64,000 bases of DNA from Basidiobolus meristosporus CBS 931.73. Its lineage: Eukaryota > Fungi > Basidiobolomycota. A program made the translations under genes and the position numbers. The notes below the pieces were generated by a model, which saw only the letters and a program-made list of their open reading frames with translations, was not told where the DNA came from and did not search any database. This document shows, piece after piece, positions 38,333 through 50,640 of the stretch. The stretch spans positions 167,501 to 231,500 of the forward strand of contig MCFE01000024.1 of assembly GCA_002104905.1 (NCBI GenBank), given 5' to 3'. How positions within the stretch are numbered: position 1 is the first letter of the stretch; every line of letters starts with the position of its first letter.

Positions 38333-38821
38333 CTGTCAAAAGTTGCATAATACTTACAGGCTCTTCATATCAAACAGGCATTAATTATGTCAGAGAAGGT
38401 TTGTTCAGCTCATAGCAAAAATGCATTGAGACTGGTCATAAAAGGCTGCATCTCAGATCTGGGAGTTGTAAAGGACTCTGCATATATTGGTGATATTATG
38501 AATTTCACTCATTTCAATAATTAGCCAATAACTTTGTGTACACATTGTATTTGATTCAAAGACTCACTTGACTTGATAACTTGAATTGTATTAGACAGAT
38601 CCTACAATATTCTGCATAAATAAATTTTGGTACCTATAGAGAATATTCTCACAAACATATCAGATATGCTAAGCATGTAAAATATTGATATGGTTTCCAA
38701 TCAGCCCAAGCATTGCGCAAATACCTTGCTATAATTCTTGATATACTCTACATTCCTGTTTTTCCCAGATTATATGAAAGTAGAGGTATTACTTTCACAT
38801 TGACTAGATGGTATGTAAAAG

Positions 38822-39156
38822 TGGCAGTAAGAGTTATAGCAATTTAGGAAGTGACTGGTTATGTGGCTTTCACTTAATGATTTATTGAATGTGAAAGTAG
38901 TAGTCACACTATTACAAGGTCTTAGCAAAGCAAACACCCAGATTATGTTTAGAAAGATCCCATGTGCATTTGCGCAGCATATGGGGCTGCTTAGACAACT
39001 TTGAGAAACTTCATGTTTTGGATACCTGATACTTTGGTGATATATTCATATAAAATACCAACAAGGAGTTTGGTCAGTGCTCTCTAAGACTTGTAGGTAC
39101 CAACCAAAGTAACTAAGGTAGGTGAGTATTTAGGTGGAATCACAATTCTTACAACA
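38822..39156 (-). mobile_element. Degenerate family-B LTR
   Basis: Colinear with other copies and ends CTTACAACA; no TSD seen. Confidence 0.7.
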
Positions 39157-41516
39157 TTTTGATTATCTTTGTAAGTTACCTGAAAGTTGATATATTTCAT
39201 TCTAATGAAAATATCTAGCAAATCTGAAAACTTCAATCTTCTACTTCATTAGGACTAGGAAATGGAGCACAGACAAGCAAGTCAAAGTTATACATATTAG
39301 TGTACTGCCAGTATAGCATAAGGAGTTCTCTCAGCTGGCTAGTAATCCTCAGGTAATTGTCTAACTCAAGATCCATCATTGGAATGATATCTGGCACATG
39401 ATTACCTAATTTTCAATAAAATAAGCCCATAAATACAAAGCTTCCTTCCAAGTCCTAGTTTTTTATGGGCTCAATGGTATGATGGTAGACCAATCCATTT
39501 GAAGGCTCAGGACAGGAAAACCTGCTGACATTGGAATAACCTATTGTTATAGATCATTCCCAAAGAAATTTTGCGGTTTTAACTAGCCCTATCCTAGTAG
39601 TAAATCTTTATTGAAAGTGAAGTGACCATTGGAAAATTGGACAAATATGATTGAAGTGCAATATGGCAAATAAGGTCTAGGAGCTCTTTAGAACATAGCA
39701 TTGCAGAATTAGTACAGTCCTGGCTACACTGCTCATCACGCAAAATACGTATTCTAACCGCCTGAACCTAGCAAAGTTATAAGCAAGTTTTGAGGCCGAC
39801 TGGTTAGTCGAAATCCATTCGTAAACCACTAATATGGTTCACCTGGGATCTTATTGCTACCCCTGAAATGAATGGTCGAGTCATCCTCATCACGCTTGCC
39901 ACTTATGGCCGAATTCCAGATCTAGCGACCTGATTGGTCTCACTGGCTGCTGGAGCCATCGGACTTGGAGCACAAGATCATTTCAGATCTTCCTCAGGAA
40001 CGGCACTTGCTGTGTACCAATGATGGTCGACAGTGATTGGCTCTGGTCGGAGATAAGCCACCTCGAAAACCTTTCAGCGATTTCGAAAGACTGGTCACCA
40101 TCATCATTGTGATGGAGAGGCGTTCTTGAGGTATTGTCAAACAAGGGTTAGTTGACACTCACCAAGTTATAGCCACGCTAAGAGTATCATTGTGTCGCTT
40201 TCCAGCATCAGCTGTGACCACCTGACGAACCTCCCTCCCTTGGACCAACAACCTAGCCTCCCGACGGAGAAATAAATCAAAGGAAGCAATTGATTGCATC
40301 CAGGCTCATTTTTCCCCTACGACGGGTCACTTTCATACCGATACGATGCTGGTGTAACTGTATTACTCCTGTGATCCCGTCCCATAAGAATAGACAAGCT
40401 AAGTCCGGACCCGTGGGCCATAGAGCTTCCTCGGGCACAGAATGTAGATGAGTGAACGGCGTTCACAGCCATTTGGGAAGTATATGGATTGGACAGCTAT
40501 TTTCGATTGCCCCTAGGATCACATCCGCCCACCTGTGTACCAATCTCACCGGTTGGTGATTGAATTCGGCTGGATTGAATCATCCAGAGAATCTCGATAG
40601 GGATGGGGAATCCAGGGCGTTGTGTAACAAATCTATTTAACCGTAAGCTCAAGTCCAAGCTCAGGCAGGGAGAGTCAATGAAGCCTCACCACGAAAGCCT
40701 CTTTGGAGGCCGGAGATACACGAGTTCGGTTGCTTCTGCAGTGGATGGGTCGAATTGCAAGGATCTAACCCAGATCGTTCCAACAATGGTAGTCAATGCT
40801 ATGGTCGGTTAAATAAATAGCCTTACGATAGTGATCCAGCAGATCAGACTTTGGGTTCCTGGTCATCCGACTTCAGCCACTATTCTAGAACATTAGCGCG
40901 TTAGACTCTTCGCCAGCCTAGTGCCGAGATATTCCTGAAATGATACAACCCGAATTTAACCTTATAGGGTAGTATGTCTGATCACGTGCACGAGCCGGTC
41001 TGTCAAACCTCGGAATATCTGAATAACATCAGACCAAAGGTCAAGCTGAAGGTGGGCTCAAGCTAGGCACGCCATTCCCCAGCGATGTGCCAATACCTCT
41101 CCCCGTGAGACGACCCAGCTGGCATGAGGAGCCATGTTTCGCGGGAACGACTGAGTCGAGAGGAAATGATTTTCAGCTCCGGATTCGATAAAGGTTACCA
41201 TAGTGATTATAACCACAACCAACCCTAACCCTGACCCAAACCTATCGAGCGTTCCACCAATCCGATTCGACTACAAAGCCAGCTCAATGCGAATCCTGTA
41301 GATCGATTCTGCCCAACCCTCGGATCGAACCATAAGTTGTGGCCACGAAGGCAGTTTCAAGAGAACATATTACTTTATAATAAAACTTCAGACATATACA
41401 ACGATATACATCGACATGGTGGGGAGGAGGAATGCGGTGGTGTTTGTAGGTCAAGTACGTATGCATTAAAGGATGAGAGGATACTTGGCGGGGAACAAAT
41501 CATCAGCAGGGAGCGT

Positions 41517-43681
41517 TTAGTTGAACTTGTTCTTCAAAGGTAGGGCGGGGCGGTCATCCTCCTCCTCTTGATCGTGGCTCAAGGAGAGAGCGTCAACAGC
41601 CTGGTCAATAGGGAACTCGTCCAAGGTGTCGAAGGTGGCCTTAGGAGATCCTGGGACGGAAAGAGGTCTGGGGATCTTGTGGAACTCGTCATCGCCAAAC
41701 CCTTCCTCCCCGGTGAAGGAGTCCGAGTAGCATCTTCTCAAGGCAAGCTGTCTGGCCTTCATGTATTCAATTCCAAGTCGCTTCCAGTCCAACAAATCGC
41801 TCAAGCGCTCAGTACGGTTACGTTGGTTGATACGTTGACGGCGGGTCTTCTGGCAGAATTCGAACATCTGGTTGCACAATTGGTCGATGGACTCATCAAC
41901 ACTCTTCATGCGACGATCGACAATGTAAATTCCATAATCAGAAGGATTCTCGATGTTGTCTTCCATGAAGCACCCGAACCCAGAAAGGTTGGTGGTGATC
42001 GAAGGGACGCCCATAACAGTACATTCGGCGGGGGTGTAGCCCCATGGCTCATAGTATGAAGCAAACACACCAAGATGACAGCCACGGACGAAATCTTCGT
42101 AATCCAAACCTAACACTGGGTTGTTTGAGTTCAGGAATTCAGGGTGGAAGATGACCTTGACGCGATCCCCATCGAAGTTGAAGAGATGGTTTTGACGGAG
42201 CGCGTTGAGGACCTGATCGTTGGCATCATCGACAAGATTGTGGGTCACAATGGAGGGAAGGTTGTTACGCTTGAGGGCGAAGACACGACGTTTGAGGAGA
42301 ACCTTCTCCTCCTCCGACAATAGATCGCCACAATCCTTAGGCTCTTGTCCTCTTGCGGCCGCCTCGAACAGTCTTTCGCCAATGTTCTTCTGGATTTGTT
42401 CTACAGTGTCTTTCAATTGCTTTGTGACCGCTTGGCCCTTCAGAGTGTCGACGGTATAGGATTGAGTTTGAGCGGGCATGATGATGAAAGAAACAACAGT
42501 GGTCTTGGAATTGGCGTTTCGGAGTCGTTGGTTGAGTCTGGCCAGGGATTCGATGTACATGTCGACGCCCTTGTTACGGAATTCATAACGTCCAGCAGTG
42601 AAGAAGTACACGGTGTTTTCGAGGTCAAAGTTGTAGTGGCCGTAGAAGTGACCGCGGACGAAGTCGTTGATCTTCTCTTTGGCGATTGCATGTAAATTCT
42701 GGAACTCGTGCATGGCGCTGAATTTCACGACGTTCAATCCGTTAGGCAACACGCCATCTGGCTTTCTCTTCAGCAAGTGCTCGGCCTCGTAGGCTGTGAT
42801 GTGGGAGACGGTGGTGAAGACATCAGCACAATGAGCAGATGCTCTTTCCAAGCAGTAGCGGTGGTAGATTCCGCGCTTTCCAGCCTCGTGGTCGACGTCA
42901 AATTCACGCAGGCAGTTGTAAAAGTCGGTGTTTCCAGCGCAGAGATATCTACCGAGGAGTGTTGCGTGGGTAGTGAAAATGGTGGCCACGTCGATCTGGC
43001 GCTTTCTGCACAGAACCAAACCAACACCAGCAAGCCACTCATGGAAGTGGGCAATGACGGCAGTGTTGCGCTCGCGACGAACAAACTAAACGAATAAGTG
43101 GTTTAACGTGGGCAATTGAGAATGTTCGACAGCATTCTGAGCTCACCTCTTCCAAGAACCAGGCGACGAGATAACCGAAAACAATGGCATCGTTGGTTTC
43201 AGTATCGTTGGCTGGAGATGGGATGCCAGCAATCTTCCAGATATCAGCCTTCCATTCGTCTAGTCGGTCGAGGGCGGATTGGATATCGAAGAGAAGAACG
43301 TGGGGAGCCCCTTCAACAAGCCAGCGTCCATACAAGTACTTGATCCCGGCATCTTCCAGGCATTTCAATGTGTCCTTCATTTCTTGGGTAGAGGGCTCAA
43401 GGCTCTCAACCTCCATGGGCGCGGTCTTCCAGTTCAGGGGACCGATGAGGGTAAACCGGTCACCATACTCCTTCACGGTGACAGGGGCCTTAGTCTTGAT
43501 AACTGTGTAGATTCCACCAACTACAAAGCAAGAGTAAACAACTGGTTTCAGATGGTTTCTGGAGGAACCCGGCCTCCCTCACAACTGTCGAGGCAATACT
43601 ATGTCAATACACACCTTTGTTGGCTACTTCCCAAGCGATTTCGAAGAGCAAAGGTCTGTGGACGTCACGTTTTTGGGCCAT
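41517..43681 (-). CDS. GSY: Glycogen synthase (GT3), ~669 aa, 3 exons
   Basis: Exons 43681-43615, 43520-43147 and 43085-41517 (GT-AG; 2,010 nt). Motifs [63 protein letters not shown] and C-terminal RPLSVPGSP regulatory tail. Confidence 0.98.
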
Positions 43682-46433
43682 CTGTGATTCAATGCCTCTG
43701 AGGAGAAGTGGATAGGTGCGATGACGCGTAAGAGTCGATCGGAAAGGTGTACAGGTGCTAGTTTCGGATTGATGCTTGGCTCTTTTATAGCGTCCGCCAT
43801 GGCATCCCAGCCATTGGGCATCAGTGCTAATTCGAGAACACATCGAGTTGGACAAGATATCGGAACTGTCAATGGGGGCCCAGCCAATGAATGTCCAGGG
43901 TGCGATCATAGAACGAGCTGGCAATCCAATGGTGATGGCGATGGTAGGTATATCTCACCCGCGTCAAACGCAGCAATGTGTCGGAGCTCTATCCCGGCCC
44001 GCGGAGATACAATAAGGCTGCGCATTGAGAGCGCAGGTTACTATGAAGCCTAGCAAGCAGCCGCACAACGGGGAAGCGGCAGGGGCGTTTCTTGCGCAAG
44101 AAGGGCGTGTTGAAACGGTCTGACGGGGAGTGCATCGTAGGGCCAGGGCAATGCCGGGTCTATCAGCACCTGTTTTGACACATTGTGAGCCCAAGAAATC
44201 AATCCACGGATTTCCTATTCTCGCATCGGGCTTCTGTGACACTTGATTGAGTGAATATAGAAATTGGATGAAAACGGGCTTTATTAACAGAAAATAAGGA
44301 ATGATTGATTCGGGCCAGATCATTTCGATCGAATAATATGGCTTTACCTCAGTGTGGCTTCGTCAACATTAGGCATTCGTAGGGTTTTCCAGGGTTTGGA
44401 ATAAACTTTTGATATTGCCAGACAGCGCTCGTGTCCTGATGTCAATACGATGGATCCTGTGGGCTTTTCCAAATGCGTTCTCCTGACCAACATCTAGAGC
44501 GACCTCACCCCTCGCTGTCAATCGAGCCAGTGATCTCAGGGGCTTTGGATCCAGTATCAAGAGCAAAGCTTATCTCGAAAGTTACTTTGGCCAGCTTGAC
44601 GTGAATCTGCGCTACAGGATTCAAACTGAGTAACCGAAGAATTCCCTGTCTATCCCAGTGTTGCGATTGGATCAGGACTGAAACAACGCACTCCAGACGC
44701 CTTCCCAGATCTCCCTCGCCGACCCAACAAGCAGCGTTCCAATCGACATGGTTTGGAGCCATCTAGGAGCACATGGGCCAAATCTGATGAAACCCCCGCC
44801 ATCTATTGGTAGTTGGTGCTGGCAGCAGGGTGTTTGCAAAATGGCGTCCATCGACCGTGTTGCGGCTGCTGGTCACTGATACTCGTAGATCTTCAGATTC
44901 CGAAGGATTAGAAAGCAACCGGAAATCTGTCTTATCTTGGGCAACTGGGTGATAGCCACACACCCTGGGGCTTGACGTGATTCATGCTACCGTACGCGTG
45001 TTTGGAGTCCAATCTTAACAGAATCTGGATACGTAATAAGTAATGTTGGCATTGATTACCAAATTTGCAATATCTCCAAAATTGATTCCGGCACTGGTCC
45101 GATTTTGCATGTAGTGGTCAGTGGGTTCTTCGGGTCACCCGCCATGTTACACCCCTAGTATCTTACTGGCATCCGCTTTGCTAGCTGATCAAAAATGGAA
45201 GAGGTGGGGGCCGAAAGTCCCTCGTTCGAGAGGGCGATGGTCGGTCAGTGTCATGGGGGTGAGGGTGTGCTTCGATGTTTGGTACTCCGGTTGATAAGTG
45301 GAATGAAATGAAGTTTATCGACCGGGAATTCTAGCTCAATCTTAAGATAGGCATAAATGCACCAATTTAGGCAACCCACTATGGATGCACAATTAACCAA
45401 GAGATATTGGGAGCAACCAAAGGATTTAGTCTATAGATTTCGCCATACGACTATCGAGAACCAGGTTAGCTTGGTTCTCCCTATGGAAACACAGTAGCGG
45501 ACTGACTTTGGTGACTAGGGCAAGAGCGCCATGCCTACCTATTTGTAAGGACAGAAGATGCAAAATGCGGTTCAAATGAAAGTTGGCTATTCTGTGGATG
45601 GGTGGATGAGTATTATGATTTCTGCTAAGCGATACACCTGTTATGAGCGTTCATGTTATGGATCTTTGAATCCTGAAAGAGAGCCGGTGGCCAAGCTGAC
45701 AGATAGCGCAAGTGACCCAGGTGTAGTTCAGTGGTGGTTTGGTACTGGTGTATTACGACTGATTGGTTTAGCACTTCATATAACCATTTTTCATGCTTTC
45801 AAATCCAATTTGGCGTCAGCGCATTTTTACGATTCCATGGAATTTTACAAATACTCGATAAATCAGTTTCGAACTTGCACAAAGACCTTCAATATATTAC
45901 CATTCGATGTCCATTGCTATCACACACTATTCCTTATTCATGAAAAGATCAGGGTAAAAGCTACATTTATGCGAAACTGAAAAGGTGCTTCGTTCCGGGT
46001 CACTACTAGTAGGACCACCAAGCGTGTAGTTTTCACTCAATGGTGCATTTGATTAAACTAAGGTAAATTTTCTAAGCAAGCTTGAGTACTCTGATAATAT
46101 CCAGTGATTCTACTGTGTTCTTGAACAGGTGATATTGTTAAAGATTATAAGCAAGCAACTTCAATAACAAAGTTCAAAAGTTCCATATTTATAATATATG
46201 TGTAATGTGATGCTTAATTGTGATGTGAGTTTGGTAGTTACTTCTTAACACCTGCCTAACTTGGTTACTTAGATCATAGTCCACAAATCTTCAAGAATCT
46301 GCTCAAAGTTCTTATGGGTATTAACCTGTAATATGCCAACAAAATACCAATTATCCAGAATACAGAAAATCAAACTTGGCACACATGCTATTGGGCCTGT
46401 TGCAAGTGTTTTGTGGATATTAGAAGTAGTTGG

Positions 46434-46794
46434 TGCTGGAGATTTTGTAATTACAGCCAAATATTCTCCTGATTTAGGCACTTGGATCATTGCCTACAAA
46501 TTTTAGAGAATCCTGACCAAATTTCTTGTTGGGACTTGTTACATTTTCACCCAAATATCAAGTATCCAGAGAATGAGACTTCTTAGAGTTATCCAAAGAG
46601 CCCTCAACTATGTACACATGTACTTGTGACCTTCCTCAGCACACTTTACATGCTTGTTTTGCCAAGATCCTGCAAAAGTATCAATACTACTTTCTGCAAT
46701 CAATAAATCATTAAGTGAAAACCATATAATCTGCCTGTTCTCCCAATCACTTCCAATATCTCACAAGATCTTACAACAGGTTATGGGCCCCAAG
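46434..46794 (+). mobile_element. Family-B 5' LTR (46434-46778) with PBS GGTTATGGGCCCCAAG and a ~100-bp gag stub after it
   Basis: CTTACAACA|GGTTATGGGCCCCAAG, then sequence colinear with the gag start at 49447-49550. Confidence 0.85.
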
Positions 46795-46896
46795 CTATCT
46801 CTCCCTGAAGTACTGATCTCTGCTATTTTTGGAACTTTTCCTTTAGCTGAAAAGAAGGAAGGATCTAGTCACCATGTGTAGAAGGTGAAATCAAAA

Positions 46897-47244
46897 TGTT
46901 GTAAAATTTAAAATTTCACATAAATGTTTACTCAAGTTGGTCACCTAGATTATGACCCACAAATATTAGTGAGCACTGACCAAGTTTCTTGGTGATATTT
47001 ACTAAGAATATTTACACCCAAATATAAAGTATCCAGAAATATGAAAATTACATAAGTTGTCCAAACAGCCCCAAACTTTGCACACATGTTATTGGACACT
47101 CCTAACCCTACTCTACGTGCTTATTAGGCAAAGATCATGCAAAAGTATAATTACTACTTTTATGTTTAATAAATCACTGAGTTAAAAGTATCCAACTTAC
47201 TTGTTCTTCCAATAACTTCCAATATCTCTAAAACTTTTACAAGA
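46897..47244 (+). mobile_element. Degenerate family-B LTR
   Basis: Starts TGTTGTAAAATTT; colinear with family B; no TSD. Confidence 0.8.
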
Positions 47245-47327
47245 AAGCTAAGTTACCTAAGTTATTCTCTATAGCTTCACATATGGGATGATATCTAATA
47301 TCTATGTGCTTAGCTCTTATCTTAATC

Positions 47328-47660
47328 ATCTTGGAGATTCTGGAAGTTATTGGAAGAAGTAGATTATATGGTTTTCACCTAATGATTTATTGAATGTATT
47401 AGTGGTACTTATACCTTTATATAGTCATAGCATAAAAAGCTCATAGAATAGGGTCATGAATATTCCAAGAGTATGTTTGCAAAGTATGGGGCTCTTTGGA
47501 CAACTTTGAAATTTTCATATTCTGAGTACCTGCTATTTTGATTAAAGTATTTTTGTAAATCCTAACAAGGAGTTTGGTCAGTATTCTGTAGTATATGTAG
47601 ATAACAGTCTAAGTGACTACATTAGGTGAGTATTTAGGCAGATTTATGAATTTTACAACA
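47328..47660 (-). mobile_element. Degenerate family-B LTR
   Basis: Reverse-orientation copy ending TTTTACAACA. Confidence 0.75.
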
Positions 47661-47794
47661 GTTCTAGCATGAAAAGTTGGATTTCTACCTATTTGTATGC
47701 ATCCTTGATTATCTTGAAATTCAGTAATGAGCACTTTTTGAAATAAGCCCTAGTCTTTAAAAAGCTTACTTAGCCACATTGCTTCTTTTGTAGC

Positions 47795-48130
47795 TTAACA
47801 GGCTACCATATACTCTGCCTCTGTGGTAGAAAGTGCTGCAGTTAGCTGCAATCTAGAATTCCATGAAATTGCTCTTTTACAGTGAAGAAAGGTGTAGTGT
47901 GAGGTGTATCTTCTCTCTTCTAAATTTTGTCCCCAATCAGCATCAGAGTATCCCACAGGATCTTGTTCTGAATCCTTATAGGTGTACCTTAAGCAGATAT
48001 TAGCAGTTGCTTTTAGATATCTAAAAATCCACTTAACTGCTGCAATATGATCTGATCCATACTGCTGATTATGCTGGCTGACAGCTACCACTGAATATGA
48101 GATATCTGGACATGTTCCAAGCATGGTGTT
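47795..48130 (-). mobile_element. Copia RT-RNase H fragment
   Basis: TCPDISYSV..VSQH..AVKWIFRYLKAT..VGYSDADWG..AISWNSRLQLTAALSTTEAEYM. Confidence 0.9.
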
Positions 48131-49082
48131 GTATCCAAGAGAAAGTGTAATAAAACTTCTTGAATGGTTTAACTGAACCAAAGGGACAATTAAGTGCAGA
48201 ATCTTGGAATTGTCAGAGAGTGGCGGAAATATTAGCAGAAAGATTCTGATCTAATATTGGTCTTGGATATAGCTGGGTTGGCTATAAAGACAATGATATT
48301 TGTTTGCTAGGCAGGCTAGGCTTGGTGTTCTTTGGAGTGCTAGATATACTAGGCTTGGATAGAAACTAGAACGGAATTGTTGGATTCTTATTTTTGCTGA
48401 GACAGAATCTTAATTTTGTTGAGACACACACTAAACCAAAAGGTTCAGTAAACTTTATTTATACTTTTCTGATCAAGTTGAATTAGTAAGCGCCAAGGGA
48501 CTGGATTGATTGAAATCAATTTGGGTGTTCATAGGTGCATAAGATAAATGAAAATTACATCATCAATCAACTGATGTCTTGGCAACTGCACCGTGGTTGG
48601 ATAGATCTCAGATGACTAATCACCTGGGAAGGCTTGGCAGATAGGTTGATAACGTAATGACCATTTGAAAATAGATCAGGTGTGATAGCTAAAAATAGAT
48701 TCTGAGGTGGGATAAAATAAACTGTAACTGGGATTTGTTATGTTTGGGTTAGGGAAAATCAGTTAGGGTACTAGATTTTCAAACGGAGTAAAATTGGCTA
48801 AGTTTTAAATGTTGATGCACAACACATGGCATCCATTAGGCTGTTGAATATAGGCAAATAAGAAAAGTCAGGGCTTTCAGATGGCACCAAGCTGTCTTGA
48901 TTTGGTTGAGTGTTGACTAAGCTGAGGTTAGACTCAATTGGGGTAGTGGCTGGTTTACAGTCTTACAATTGTTGCCTCTTTGGTATATCTGAATATACTT
49001 ACACTGGCTTAGAGTGATAGTCTGTGTACTATTGTCTATAGAGAACCTTATTCTTAAGTAGTAACTGAGCTCTCCTAGATTG

Positions 49083-50640
49083 TGTTCTAAAAATTTGTAA
49101 TTCCACCTAAATATTCACCTAACATAGTCACTTAGATCATTACCTTCAAATCCTAGAGAATACTAACCAGATTCCTTGTTGGGATTTACTTGAAATATTT
49201 TCACCAAAATCCAAAGTATCCAGAACATAAAAATTCTCAAAGTTGTCCAAACAGCCCCAAACGTTGCACACATGCTCTTGGGACCTTTCTGAACCTATTC
49301 TGCATGGTTGTTACGCCAAGACCATGTAAAAGTATAAATGCTACTTTTCCATTCAATAAATCATCAAGTGAAAACCTTGTATCTACTTTTCCTCCCAATC
49401 ACTTCCATTATCTCCAAGACTCTTACAACAGGTTATAAGCACCAAGCTGTCACTCTCTGCAATGTTTACTACTGCTATTACTGGAATTTTCCCCTCTGCT
49501 GAAAAGTTGGATGGATCTAACTATCAAGTGTGGAAGGTGAAGATGAAGATGCTGCTACAAGAAAGAGGCCTTTGGGATATTGTCATGGGAGAAGAATGCC
49601 CTTCTAAAAATGTGGGAGAGGAAGCCTTAAATTACCCAAAGAAAGAGCAGAGTGCCTTAAACTGCATTTACCTTAATGTTAAAGACAAATTGCTAATTCA
49701 ATGCTCAAGAGCAAAAACAACATAGAATGCCTGGAAGGCATTAGAAGACACCTACCAGTCATGTTTGGCTGCTAAGAAAATGTATTGGAGACAAAAATAT
49801 TTTAATACAAAGATGCAGCCTGGAGAAGAAATGAAAAATCTAATTAACAGTATTACCCTGCTGGTAGATGAAATGGAATCTGCAGGCATACCAACTACTG
49901 ATGAGGATATGATAGTTACCATCCTGAATTGCCTGACAGACAAGTTTCAGGGCCTTTTATCAGCCCTAGAGTCCAGAACTGAAGATTTGACCTTAAATCA
50001 CAAATATGGAAGGCTCCTGGATGAAGAACTAAGAAAAACAAGCACCAATAAGAAGGAAGAAGAAAATGCTTTAATAAGCAATGATAACCAACAAAGGAGG
50101 TACCCAAGACCCTAAAAAGGCAACAGCTACCTGTTTTGCTACTACTGCAAAAGGAAAGGACACACATCAGACCAGTGCTTCAAAAAGAAAGATAATCAGC
50201 AAAAGAAGCCTAAATATGGAAATGCTGCAACAACTGAAGATAAACTATTCATATCTGCACTAAATATGACCACGAACAAGGATTCTCAGATGTGGTATAT
50301 TGACTCTGGAGCATCTCAACACTTTACACACCAAAAAGAAATTTTTACCCAATATCACAAAATTCTAATCAAGAAGGTTATCATGGGTGACAATAGAACA
50401 CTTGATGCAGCAGGAGAAGGAACTATCCAAGTAAACCTTATAAGCAGTGATGGAAGCCATACACCAACCTTTAAAGAAGTACTCTATGTACAAGAAATAG
50501 CCAAGAACCTACAATCTGTAAGCAAGGCCACTGCAGAAGGACTCAGTCTCAGCTTTGACAATTCTGGATGCAGGATCACTAATCAAAATGGTGCCCATAT
50601 TGCTTTGGGTATCAGAGATCAAAATCTATGCAAGCTTTTT
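49083..50640 (+). mobile_element. 5' half of Copia family-B element: LTR (49083-49430), PBS, gag, protease; 3' part lost
   Basis: GGTTATAAGCACCAAG PBS; EKLDGSNYQVWKVKMKMLL, CYYCKRKGHTSDQC knuckle, WYIDSGASQH. Confidence 0.92.

Noticed and set aside
41221-41237. Telomere-like AACCCTAACCCTGACCC
   Set aside because: Fewer than three units and internal; at most a telobox-like site.
41568-43701. Plus-strand ORFs overlapping glycogen synthase
   Set aside because: Antisense shadows of a codon-biased conserved gene, with no recognisable products.
45558-45980. 140-aa ORF MQNAVQMKVGYS...
   Set aside because: No motif, no codon bias like the host genes, and no internal support.
46434-47244. TRIM-like mini-element (LTR-PBS-118 bp-LTR)
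   Set aside because: No PPT before the second LTR, the two LTRs are clearly diverged, and no TSD; nested or recombined fragments explain it better.
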